This document shows positions 1-7,306 of a stretch of 64,000 bases of DNA, piece by piece. This DNA is from a virus (Duplodnaviria; Heunggongvirae; Uroviricota; Caudoviricetes), in the IMG/VR virus record IMGVR_UViG_3300033155_000407; one strand, written 5' to 3'. The translations under genes were made by a program, and so were the position numbers. Under the pieces are notes generated by a model, which saw only the letters and a list, made by a program, of their open reading frames with translations, was not told where the DNA came from and ran no database searches. Position 1 is the stretch's first letter; every line of letters begins with the position of its first letter.

Positions 1-341
1 ATACCGTAAACGATATTATTCATATCGTCCTCACCATCATCTATATCTAGCAGGAATTTACGAATATCAATAATCTTATAGATTATGATACCTGCTAGTG
101 TAACGCTTTTACCGTCTTTCGTGGTTAGCGATTGCGGGTCTAAATATGAGGTTTGTCTAACGACAGTCTCATATTTTACTTCCTCAATTCCGAACGGGAA
201 AATAAAGCTAAGACCGGGATTCACTACGCGCTTAAACTTACCAAGACGTAGAACCACACCCTGCTCGTATTGGTCAATGATAACCCACGGAATTAACCAT
301 TCCCAAGCATCGGCTATAAAATCAAAGATTCGATCAAACAT
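1..341 (-). CDS. SPFH/band-7 (stomatin/HflK-like) domain protein, N-terminal part; the ORF runs off the window start
   Basis: Minus-strand translation from the ATG at 341 gives MFDRIFDFIADAWEWLIPWVIIDQYEQGVVLRLGKFKRVVNPGLSFIFPFGIEEVKYETVVRQ... with no stop before position 1, typical of an SPFH N-terminus; GGGAG sits 9 nt upstream. Absent from the ORF track because it has no stop inside the window. Confidence 0.45.
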   Translation of the reverse strand, partial: MFDRIFDFIADAWEWLIPWVIIDQYEQGVVLRLGKFKRVVNPGLSFIFPFGIEEVKYETVVRQTSYLDPQSLTTKDGKSVTLAGIIIYKIIDIRKFLLDIDDGEDDMNNIVYG

Positions 342-435
342 ACGGTATTGCTCCCATTGATTAAGTGCTAATCGTAGCACAATTACATTTATTACGCAAG
401 CGATTTATTTGAAATAAACGCTTGACACGGTGTTC

Positions 436-567
436 CACATCGGACACCCTCGCACCTGCGAGGGTGCCCAAATGCGAATGCGTCTCATTCGCATTTAGAT
501 TCCAAGCACACAAATGCGCGGGGGAGTTGACACCCCGCGACTTTTGTGCTAGGTCTTAAACCTAGCT
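436..567. promoter_or_regulatory. cluster of five consecutive GC-rich stem-loops (7-11 bp stems) in an intergenic region
   Basis: Hairpins read directly: ggtgttcc/ggacacc; ccctcgc-acct-gcgaggg; aaatgcgaatg-cgtctc-cattcgcattt (perfect 11-bp stem); cgcgggg-gagttgaca-ccccgcg; gctaggt-cttaa-acctagc. Confidence 0.5.
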
Positions 568-762
568 TGGGAGAACGTTGCGAACTTCTAGTGCTCGCCT
601 CAATTTATTTCTGTCTCTTTTACGAACAGTATTCAGTAGCAAGCCAAGCTCTTTATTGGTCATATCGGTAACACCACGATTAGACTTACGACCACCTATC
701 TTGTTTTTTATACGTATAGGCAAGTTCTTACCTCCCTTTACAAATTTTCGGTATTTCGGCAT
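562..762 (-). CDS. small, very basic protein (66 aa from the second ATG), possible DNA-binding protein
   Basis: ORF 562..777 on the minus strand; the internal ATG at 762 has GGGAGA 7 nt upstream; K/R-rich sequence MPKYRKFVKGGKNLPIRIKNKIGGRKSNRG... Confidence 0.3.
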   Translation of the reverse strand: MPKYRKFVKGGKNLPIRIKNKIGGRKSNRGVTDMTNKELGLLLNTVRKRDRNKLRRALEVRNVLPS

Positions 763-896
763 AATTGATTCTCCCATTTAATAATTAATTTTATCACGAT
801 TAACACTATTTGTCAAGTGCTCATTTACGCTAGTAATATACTGTAAAAGGCTGCGCTCAGTAACTGGCGCTAAAACATCAACTTATACTCATCCAC

Positions 897-960
897 CAAT
901 ATATAGTAATATTTGAATATACGAATATACGAATATTCTAATATTGTAATATACATACAG
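897..960. repeat. AT-rich iteron-like short direct repeats (gaatatac x2 plus taatattc/taatattg/taatatac variants)
   Basis: Read directly: aatatttgaatatacgaatatacgaatattctaatattgtaatatac. Confidence 0.4.
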
Positions 961-1146
961 GCCGATTAGTTTCACTTGAAACAGTTTCATATGTAACGGG
1001 TTAGTACACATCCCTGAATTGTCTCATAACCAAACGATCTATACAATAGTGGATAATACCTATATACATAGCTAGATATACGTGATACAATGGTAGTAGC
1101 GTATTGGCTCGGCGGGCGCGATATTGGTTTCAAGTGAAACCATTGA

Positions 1147-1186
1147 GGGTGTCCAAATGCGAATGATAATCATTCGCATCTGGGTG
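1147..1186. promoter_or_regulatory. second copy of the conserved motif GAGGGTGYCCAAATGCGAATG followed by a hairpin (atgcgaatg-ataatc-cattcgcat)
   Basis: Near-identical to 455-500 (gagggtgcccaaatgcgaatgcgtctcattcgcatt); inverted copies of gtttcacttgaaac flank it at 968-983 and 1127-1142. Confidence 0.45.
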
Positions 1187-1195
1187 AGCTTCCGA

Positions 1196-1510
1196 TTAGC
1201 TTGCTATTAGATCGGTTGGCGGGTTTGGCTTAACGGGGCAAGCGTAAATTTCCATCCTCAGATATGCTTTATATCTAAGATGTTCCGCTTGCGACAATGT
1301 GCAGTTCTCATCCGCAATACAAGTATCAATAAACTGCAATTGGTGTTTAGCAGTATTGCAATCCAGATATGAAAACCATATCGGGATGTATAGCAGCACC
1401 GCTGAAAACGTAAGGATTAAAGCTGCAAATCCCAATACCTCTTTTAAAGTTTCTCTAGTTCTGTATCTCATTACATATATCCTTGTAGTCGGTATCCTAG
1501 CAATTCGCAT
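1196..1510 (-). CDS. hypothetical membrane protein (one predicted TM helix)
   Basis: 104-aa ORF lying in the same orientation as the neighbouring minus-strand genes; it overlaps a plus-strand ORF, so it is uncertain. Confidence 0.25.
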   Translation of the reverse strand: MRIARIPTTRIYVMRYRTRETLKEVLGFAALILTFSAVLLYIPIWFSYLDCNTAKHQLQFIDTCIADENCTLSQAEHLRYKAYLRMEIYACPVKPNPPTDLIAS

Positions 1511-1689
1511 TGCTGTTCAATGTTAGCATCCATTGCGATGCGGTCCTGCTCGGCCCTCTCGGCCTCTTGCTCGGCCCACCATGCACCGTCAAGATAATTG
1601 TGTTCGTCAAAATCTAATGCTCGTTCCGCTGTCGCCTCAATCGCGTCAATCTCTTGAATCTCAATGTCTAATTCGCTAAAGTATCCCAT
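1471..1689 (-). CDS. small acidic hypothetical protein
   Basis: 72-aa ORF with AAGAGGA 7 nt upstream of its ATG; it lies in a locally GC-rich segment (1510-1860). Confidence 0.4.
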   Translation of the reverse strand: MGYFSELDIEIQEIDAIEATAERALDFDEHNYLDGAWWAEQEAERAEQDRIAMDANIEQQCELLGYRLQGYM

Positions 1690-1692
1690 TAT

Positions 1693-1860
1693 CTAATCCT
1701 CTTTCCAAAAGCCAAGTTCGTCTTTCTTCAGGGGAGCCATAACCGCGCCTATGCCTCTTGTCAGTTGATCGCGTGTCTTAGCCAGTTCTCGGTTTGCATC
1801 GTGCTCGTTTTCTACCTTGTTCGTGTCTGTCTTGAAAGGATTGTTGTTGTATGGGTTCAT
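1693..1860 (-). CDS. small hypothetical protein (55 aa)
   Basis: Minus-strand ORF MNPYNNNPFKTDTNKVENEHDANRELAKTRDQLTRGIGAVMAPLKKDELGFWKED; its stop overlaps the RBS of the downstream gene in an operon-like arrangement. Confidence 0.3.
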   Translation of the reverse strand: MNPYNNNPFKTDTNKVENEHDANRELAKTRDQLTRGIGAVMAPLKKDELGFWKED

Positions 1861-2089
1861 TTCGTTCTGCCTGTTCGCTTAGTCAATATAAGTAGTATAC
1901 GGATATTCACAGGATAATATATAGGTAGATATACCTATTGACAGTGTTGTCAAGAGGTGGTAGGGCGGTTATTAGACTCGGTCCAGGGTCCTATATTACA
2001 ACTATTCCACACGGCCTACAGACAAGGTTTTCATTTTCCCTTACCGGCGCTAACTATAAACTAATGCAGACCTAAGTCAAAAATAGTTC

Positions 2090-2118
2090 TTGACACCACG
2101 CACCCCATATGTTACACT
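2090..2118 (+). promoter_or_regulatory. sigma70-like promoter TTGACA-N17-TACACT with an A-rich upstream region
   Basis: TTGACA at 2090-2095, TACACT at 2113-2118, AGGAG RBS at 2127-2131, ATG at 2138; the extended motif AAAATAgTTCTTGACACcACGC recurs at 6258-6281. Confidence 0.5.
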
Positions 2119-2137
2119 AATATAATAGGAGATCAAA

Positions 2138-2368
2138 ATGAATTTTACACTAACTGACAAAAATAATACAGTACTCTTTAATGGATCAAAGCAGGAATGT
2201 ATGCATTTCATAAAGAGGCGTGCATTGAATCGCACTGAGATCACTTTACAATTGTCCGAAGATTATAAACCTTCCGTACATTATACAGTTCCGATCGAAT
2301 CTATGGAGCCCACAAATAGTAAGGGGGCAAGAACTAAGCCTTTTTATAAGAGAATATTTGGTAAATGA
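2138..2368 (+). CDS. hypothetical protein (76 aa)
   Basis: ORF with an AGGAG RBS, first gene downstream of the promoter. Confidence 0.5.
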   Translation: MNFTLTDKNNTVLFNGSKQECMHFIKRRALNRTEITLQLSEDYKPSVHYTVPIESMEPTNSKGARTKPFYKRIFGK

Positions 2369-2838
2369 CTGATTATAACATAGCCCCATATTCTGAGGAC
2401 GCGATGCCGGAAATTATTAGTCCTGAGGGCGCTCGCATTGCTAATACTTATTTAGCCAGCGCATGTTCTCTAAAGGACGCATCTCACAACTTGAATCTCC
2501 CTACGCACGAAATCGCGGCTACCCTACAAGACCCACTTGTAAAAACCTACGTTAATAGTATTCTAAGGGAAAATGGTTATAGGCACATGGTAAAAATAGC
2601 TGAGAAGCTAGATGATCTCGTGGACCTAAAATGGGCAGAACTTGAGGAAGCAGAAATGGGGTCCAACAAGGACATAGCTGAACTTCTCAATCTGGCCCAT
2701 AAGATGAGACTGGATATGTCAAAATTACTACAAACCGATATGGCCTCTAATGGGCCTACTTCATTAAAACAAACTCAAGTAAATGTATACGGGCCGGGTA
2801 ACTATGGTAAACTAATGGAGAAATTAATTGGCAATTAA
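2365..2838 (+). CDS. putative terminase small subunit (HTH-containing)
   Basis: 157-aa protein immediately upstream of terL with an N-terminal HTH-like segment; the assignment rests on position and size. Confidence 0.45.
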   Translation: MTDYNIAPYSEDAMPEIISPEGARIANTYLASACSLKDASHNLNLPTHEIAATLQDPLVKTYVNSILRENGYRHMVKIAEKLDDLVDLKWAELEEAEMGSNKDIAELLNLAHKMRLDMSKLLQTDMASNGPTSLKQTQVNVYGPGNYGKLMEKLIGN

Positions 2839-3022
2839 GGTAATAGGGGTAAATAGAAATTCTTCCCTAAGAGCACCAAATACTTTAGTATGTGATGCTG
2901 AAAATTGTGACGACGAGATAACACCTAACCCTAGATATAAAGATGTCAGGTTAGCTGCTGCTAGAGATCATGGTTGGAGTTTCGTAGACGGAAAAGATTA
3001 CTGCCCCAGGCACAGGAGATAA
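2828..3022 (+). CDS. small Cys-rich (zinc-ribbon-like) protein
   Basis: 64 aa with C-x4-C ... C-x-x-H-x-R (CDAENCDD...YCPRHRR). Confidence 0.35.
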   Translation: MAIKVIGVNRNSSLRAPNTLVCDAENCDDEITPNPRYKDVRLAAARDHGWSFVDGKDYCPRHRR

Positions 3023-3023
3023 A

Positions 3024-3341
3024 ATGACTAAGTATAGAGGTTTTGTACGCCCGAATAAAAGAATGGCACTAGTAGTGGAAGATTTAACTCTTTCAGGTGC
3101 AGTAGAGTTTCTAGAAGATCACTCGGATGGGGTTATTCTAGACGAAAATAATAAAGAATTAACACAAGAAGACCTAACAAATGTTAAGAGTTTCAGATCC
3201 CTCCCTGGAATTGGAGAAGATAGTTTCACTACCCGTAGATCAACGGTTTCTAAAGATTCCGATAGAAAACTATCTGTCTTTAATAGAGATAACACCGAAT
3301 CGAGTACAGAACGCGATAATAAACGGGATAAACAATCCTAA
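3024..3341 (+). CDS. ORF with a strong RBS overlapping the terL 5-prime end by 160 nt; either a separate small gene or a frameshifted N-terminal extension of terL
   Basis: AGGAGAT lies directly upstream of the ATG at 3024; the frame stays open to 3341, but the part after about 3180 is low-complexity (S/R/D-rich) and unlikely to be translated as written. Confidence 0.25.
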   Translation: MTKYRGFVRPNKRMALVVEDLTLSGAVEFLEDHSDGVILDENNKELTQEDLTNVKSFRSLPGIGEDSFTTRRSTVSKDSDRKLSVFNRDNTESSTERDNKRDKQS

Positions 3342-4542
3342 TTATCGCTTTATTACTGCTTGTGTTAGTCGAAGAGTCGGCAAAACATTTATAGCAAATA
3401 TAATCTTGCAAGTAGTAGCATTGATGCCAGGAGCGTCAGTGCTTATTATTTCACCTGACTATAACCTTTCGTCGATTAGTTGGGACCTACAACACATGTT
3501 AATGGATAAGTTTGATATTGAAACTGTCCGTGACAATGCAAAAGATCGCGTAATAGAACTAACTAATGGTTCTATGATTAAAGTCGCATCTGTATCGCGT
3601 GTAGACTCCGCAGTAGGTAGAAGTTATGATTTAATCATCTTTGACGAAGCAGCACTAAATGACAATGGTGGTAAAGCCTTCAACGTGGCTCTACTACCTA
3701 CTCTAGACAAGTACGCATCTAAATGCCTGTTCATCAGTACCCCTCGTGGAGACAACTGGTTCAGGCAATTTTTTGATCGTGGATTTAGCGATGATGTAGA
3801 TTTAAGCGAATGGCTGTCTATTCACGCCGATTATCATGAAAACCCCAGGGCTTCAGCTAAAGCTGTAGCTAATGCTAAGAGAACCATGTCTCATGCTGAA
3901 TTTGAGCAAGAGTACATGGCTAACTTCGTAACCTTCGAAGGTCAAATCTGGGCACTGGCTAATGAGTGTATACAGGATAAGACTGCCTTAATTAACGACA
4001 TTGTGGCTGCGCCACACAGGGTTGAGATAATTGCTGGGCTTGATGTAGGATTCCGAGATCAAACTGCTCTAGTAGTACTATACGTTGAAGAAGAGATGGA
4101 CGAGGATGGAAATGAATTAAAGACCTACTACTTACTAGATGAGTACGTAGCTCACGAACGCACTACAGCTAAACATGCGGAAGAAATAAGAGCACGTGTT
4201 GAATTGTATGATTTAGATTTCATATTCTGCGACTCTGCCGCAGCGCAGACAAGATTTGATTTAGCATCCATGTATGATATATCTACTGTGGCTGCTATCA
4301 AGAGTTTGACTGATGGAATAGGTGCCGTAGGTGCCGTAGTTGATAACGATAGATTGATCGTGCATGAAGAATGTGTAGAGTCAATTTATGCGCTTCGCAA
4401 CTATAAATGGAAGGGCGATGTAAACGATGGAGTCTGGACCATAGAAACTCAGAAACCAGAACATAATAGAGCATCTCACTGTGCAGATGCAATAAGATAC
4501 GCAATATATACATACGAAAGAAGTATGGGAGGAATTACATAA
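3181..4542 (+). CDS. terL: terminase large subunit (ATPase plus nuclease)
   Basis: 453 aa; Walker-A-like VSRRVGKTF, Walker-B-like LIIFDEAA, C-terminal nuclease-like acidic residues; sits upstream of the portal. Confidence 0.85.
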   Translation: MLRVSDPSLELEKIVSLPVDQRFLKIPIENYLSLIEITPNRVQNAIINGINNPNYRFITACVSRRVGKTFIANIILQVVALMPGASVLIISPDYNLSSISWDLQHMLMDKFDIETVRDNAKDRVIELTNGSMIKVASVSRVDSAVGRSYDLIIFDEAALNDNGGKAFNVALLPTLDKYASKCLFISTPRGDNWFRQFFDRGFSDDVDLSEWLSIHADYHENPRASAKAVANAKRTMSHAEFEQEYMANFVTFEGQIWALANECIQDKTALINDIVAAPHRVEIIAGLDVGFRDQTALVVLYVEEEMDEDGNELKTYYLLDEYVAHERTTAKHAEEIRARVELYDLDFIFCDSAAAQTRFDLASMYDISTVAAIKSLTDGIGAVGAVVDNDRLIVHEECVESIYALRNYKWKGDVNDGVWTIETQKPEHNRASHCADAIRYAIYTYERSMGGIT

Positions 4543-4886
4543 TGGCAGGACATACGAGCGAAAAACGCTGGGAAAACGTTAGTACAACAGCAAGCGGTAT
4601 AGTTGCACAATTAACAAGTATATTAATTAACACTGAAGAGTCTTATCAGCAAATGCTAGAGATTTATGCTTATGCTGGTGGTACAGATGAACTATTAGCA
4701 GAGTTACTATTTAAAGAAGATATAGCTCTAAGAGATTCACCAGACAACGTAGTTAGTACTGAGGAAATAGCAAAAGCTGGAGACTTAGTTAATGCTATGA
4801 CGTCGGCCCATCAAATTTATCAAGCAGCAAATAACGTTGTTGTAACTCAAGCCGATAGATTATCTGATTTAAGGAGAATGATTTGA
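4542..4886 (+). CDS. hypothetical protein
   Basis: 114-aa ORF, translationally coupled (TAATG overlap with terL). Confidence 0.45.
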   Translation: MAGHTSEKRWENVSTTASGIVAQLTSILINTEESYQQMLEIYAYAGGTDELLAELLFKEDIALRDSPDNVVSTEEIAKAGDLVNAMTSAHQIYQAANNVVVTQADRLSDLRRMI

Positions 4887-5515
4887 AATTTTTATACTTA
4901 CTACTATTATTACCTATGCTAGCATTTGGTGATGATTGTACAGGCAACCCACATCACTGTGATCATGGTGATCATACAGGACCTCCAGGAGTTGATGGAG
5001 TTGATGGAGTTGATGGAGTTGATGGAGTTGATGGTGCTCCTGGCGTTGATGGAGTTGATGGAAGAGATGGTCTTAATGGTATCGATGGGTTAAATGGTAT
5101 CGATGGGTTAAATGGTCTGAATGGAAGAGATGGTATAGTTTCAGAAACTTGGATCAAAGAAACTCGTAGTTTTCAAGAACGTTTCGGCAGATGGTCCGCA
5201 GCTAGTGAGGCTGTACAGATTTACTTACCCCAAGATCAAAATCAAAGATTAACTTTTGGTATAGGTAGAATGGCAGACCACACCGGTTATGGCCTCGGCT
5301 ATGCTTATAAAACTACTCGCGAAGACAGCTTAGCCTTCACTTTTGGCTTAGGTAAGAGCGGTAGTGAAGAAGTAGCAAAAGCCAGTTTTGGATTCGAATT
5401 TGGGGGAAGTACTAAGAAACCTAAGCTGACAGCCACTAAGTATAGAGCTGAATTGGAGTGTGCATACGTTGGTGGGGAACTAACCCTTTCTAATGAATGC
5501 GTGATAGACGAATGA
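4883..5515 (+). CDS. secreted collagen-like repeat protein (signal peptide, 17 G-X-Y triplets, C-terminal Gly/aromatic-rich domain)
   Basis: N-terminus MKFLYLLLLLPMLAFG is a signal peptide; GPPGVDGVDGVDGVDGVDGAPGVDGVDGRDGLNGIDGLNGIDGLNGLNGRDG; 9-nt tandem DNA repeats (ggagttgat) at about 4990-5060. Confidence 0.6.
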   Translation: MKFLYLLLLLPMLAFGDDCTGNPHHCDHGDHTGPPGVDGVDGVDGVDGVDGAPGVDGVDGRDGLNGIDGLNGIDGLNGLNGRDGIVSETWIKETRSFQERFGRWSAASEAVQIYLPQDQNQRLTFGIGRMADHTGYGLGYAYKTTREDSLAFTFGLGKSGSEEVAKASFGFEFGGSTKKPKLTATKYRAELECAYVGGELTLSNECVIDE

Positions 5516-6111
5516 ACTGGATATTTAAAGTTCCGGTATTCGTAACAATTTGGGCAGCTTATTTATTGGTGAAAATACCTACGGCATTATCGGGTTTCCT
5601 GGTAGTGCCCTTTTTGTGGAAGTACAGAGACACAGATTATCTTAATCTACCCTACTGGACTAAACCGTGGGCTAACCCCGAGGATTGGGACGGTGGACCT
5701 AGTAGCTATGAAAGTAGCTTACCAAAGTGGTGGGTTGATACTAGAGGTAAGGATTTGAAAGCATTCTATCAATATCACGCTATAAGAAACCCAGCAAATG
5801 GTTTACGTAGTTTTGAATTCATGGATTTAGACATAGACCCTAAAAAAGTAGAATTCAGAACTAATAAAGAATTTGTTAGATATGAGCCTAATACTTTAAG
5901 AGCATGGGACATGAAATTATCTTGGTACTTTGCGTGGCAAGGGTGGCGTGCTGGTATGAAGTTTATATATATTTGGAATGATGAAAGACATGCAGTTATT
6001 AAATTTGGTTGGAGGGTTGAACCCTCGGACGCCAAAGCTACTGATACAGAGGTTATGGGTTTAGCCGATGCTAGTTTTGCGTCTAAGGTATTACCATATA
6101 GGAAAGGCTAG
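5497..6111 (+). CDS. hypothetical membrane protein
   Basis: 204 aa with an N-terminal hydrophobic helix (IFKVPVFVTIWAAYLLVKIPTALSGFLVVPFLW); Trp-rich. Confidence 0.45.
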   Translation: MRDRRMNWIFKVPVFVTIWAAYLLVKIPTALSGFLVVPFLWKYRDTDYLNLPYWTKPWANPEDWDGGPSSYESSLPKWWVDTRGKDLKAFYQYHAIRNPANGLRSFEFMDLDIDPKKVEFRTNKEFVRYEPNTLRAWDMKLSWYFAWQGWRAGMKFIYIWNDERHAVIKFGWRVEPSDAKATDTEVMGLADASFASKVLPYRKG

Positions 6112-6242
6112 TGGGTTCTTTTATTGCAGGTTTTTTAGCACTAAGTTTATTTGGTTACATTTTGGTCCACGCTTTTGGGTGGGGGGCTTTCACTTGGTAT
6201 GTAGCACTAGCTTTAATAGTCATGTGGCTTACAGATGAGTAA
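6111..6242 (+). CDS. possible small two-TM membrane peptide (43 aa, GTG start overlapping the upstream stop as TAGTG)
   Basis: Translation VGSFIAGFLALSLFGYILVHAFGWGAFTWYVALALIVMWLTDE; below the ORF-track size cut-off. Confidence 0.25.
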   Translation: MGSFIAGFLALSLFGYILVHAFGWGAFTWYVALALIVMWLTDE

Positions 6243-6267
6243 CATAAACCTGAACTAAAAATACTTC

Positions 6268-6296
6268 TTGACACTACGCTAAAAATATGCCAGAAT
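6268..6296 (+). promoter_or_regulatory. second copy of the conserved promoter-like motif (TTGACA-N17-CAGAAT)
   Basis: aaaatacttcTTGACActacgc shares 22 of 24 positions with the 2076-2099 motif. Confidence 0.4.
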
Positions 6297-6344
6297 GGTT
6301 ATTAGGATGAAAAATAAAATACAAATGAAACATTTATAATTGTT

Positions 6345-6740
6345 ATGTCTACACTTAAAAGAATTCCAATTAAATATGTCCGGGATAGAGCTAAGAGCCG
6401 CTACATCAAAGACTCTGAGTGCTATGTGTGCCAGGTAGGTGGGTCGTTAGACTTCCACCACCTTTTAACTGTGGATATATTATTTGATAATTGGTTGAAA
6501 AAGAACAATCTAAAAATTAATACTGTAGAAGATATAATTGCAGTACGTGATGACTTTATAGAGAGTCACTTATACGAAATGTATGATTATGCTAAAACTC
6601 TATGTAGAACTTGCCATAAACGACTGCATTCTGTATACGGACAAAGACCTCTGTTGTCTACCGCCCCTAAGCAAGAACGCTGGTTAGATAAACAAAAGGA
6701 AAAGAAATGTCCGAAGAACAAGGTATCCTTAGTATTTTAA
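6345..6740 (+). CDS. HNH endonuclease
   Basis: CYVC...HH...CRTCHKRLH, a classic HNH zinc-finger/beta-beta-alpha-Me arrangement; lies between the terminase and the portal, as in HK97-type packaging modules. Confidence 0.7.
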   Translation: MSTLKRIPIKYVRDRAKSRYIKDSECYVCQVGGSLDFHHLLTVDILFDNWLKKNNLKINTVEDIIAVRDDFIESHLYEMYDYAKTLCRTCHKRLHSVYGQRPLLSTAPKQERWLDKQKEKKCPKNKVSLVF

Positions 6741-7303
6741 TCCAAGATTACGCTCTTTATGCTGTAGCAGTTAGCACTATTGTAGGGGGTTTAATAACCG
6801 TATATAAAAAAGGGGTAAAACCAGTGCTAAAACATTTTACAGAATGGTACGCCATGCAGGAAAAAATCAATACTATCTTCGATGAGATTACACCAAATGG
6901 TGGTACCTCCATAAAAGATAAAGTTGATCAAACGTATAAAGGTTTACACTTATTAGGTCAAATACAAGACGCTATGGCGGCAGATACTAAAGCTGCCCTT
7001 TTTAGAACCGATCCAGAAGGAAATTGCGTTTGGGTCAACCGTACTTACACTAGAACTGTTGGTAGAGATGTCTCTGAATTACTTGGTCACGGGTGGCAAA
7101 ATGCTATCGCGACCGAGGATAGAGAACATGTAGTAGCAGAATGGTATAGGGCAGTTGAAGAAAACCGTGACTTCGTAGTGGATTATAGATTTGAAACTCC
7201 TGACGGCAAGATAATATCTTGCAAGTGCAGAGGTTACAAAATGGTATGTCCAACAGGAGAATTATTAGGTTATCATGGAAACTGTGAGATCCTAAAAAAA
7301 TAA
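6707..7303 (+). CDS. membrane-anchored PAS-domain protein
   Basis: N-terminal TM helix (ILSILIQDYALYAVAVSTIVGGLITVY) followed by a PAS-like fold (EGNCVWVNRTYTRTVGRDVSELLGHGWQNAIATEDREHVVAEWYRAVEENRDFVVDYRFETPDGKIISCKCRGY); no output domain. Confidence 0.55.
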   Translation: MSEEQGILSILIQDYALYAVAVSTIVGGLITVYKKGVKPVLKHFTEWYAMQEKINTIFDEITPNGGTSIKDKVDQTYKGLHLLGQIQDAMAADTKAALFRTDPEGNCVWVNRTYTRTVGRDVSELLGHGWQNAIATEDREHVVAEWYRAVEENRDFVVDYRFETPDGKIISCKCRGYKMVCPTGELLGYHGNCEILKK

Positions 7304-7306
7304 TAT

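Noticed and set aside
85-360. Plus-strand 91-aa ORF at the window start
   Set aside because: The opposite strand encodes a coherent SPFH-like N-terminus with an RBS. The plus-strand product is low-complexity and has no RBS.
361-1200. tRNA genes in the non-coding region
   Set aside because: No cloverleaf with a GTTCGAATC-like T-arm or anticodon stem could be assembled. The hairpins are simple GC stems, better explained as regulatory or structural elements.
1299-1526. Plus-strand 75-aa ORF
   Set aside because: It overlaps minus-strand ORFs that have RBSs and operon-like coupling. There is no RBS, and it lies on the strand opposite to the local transcription direction.
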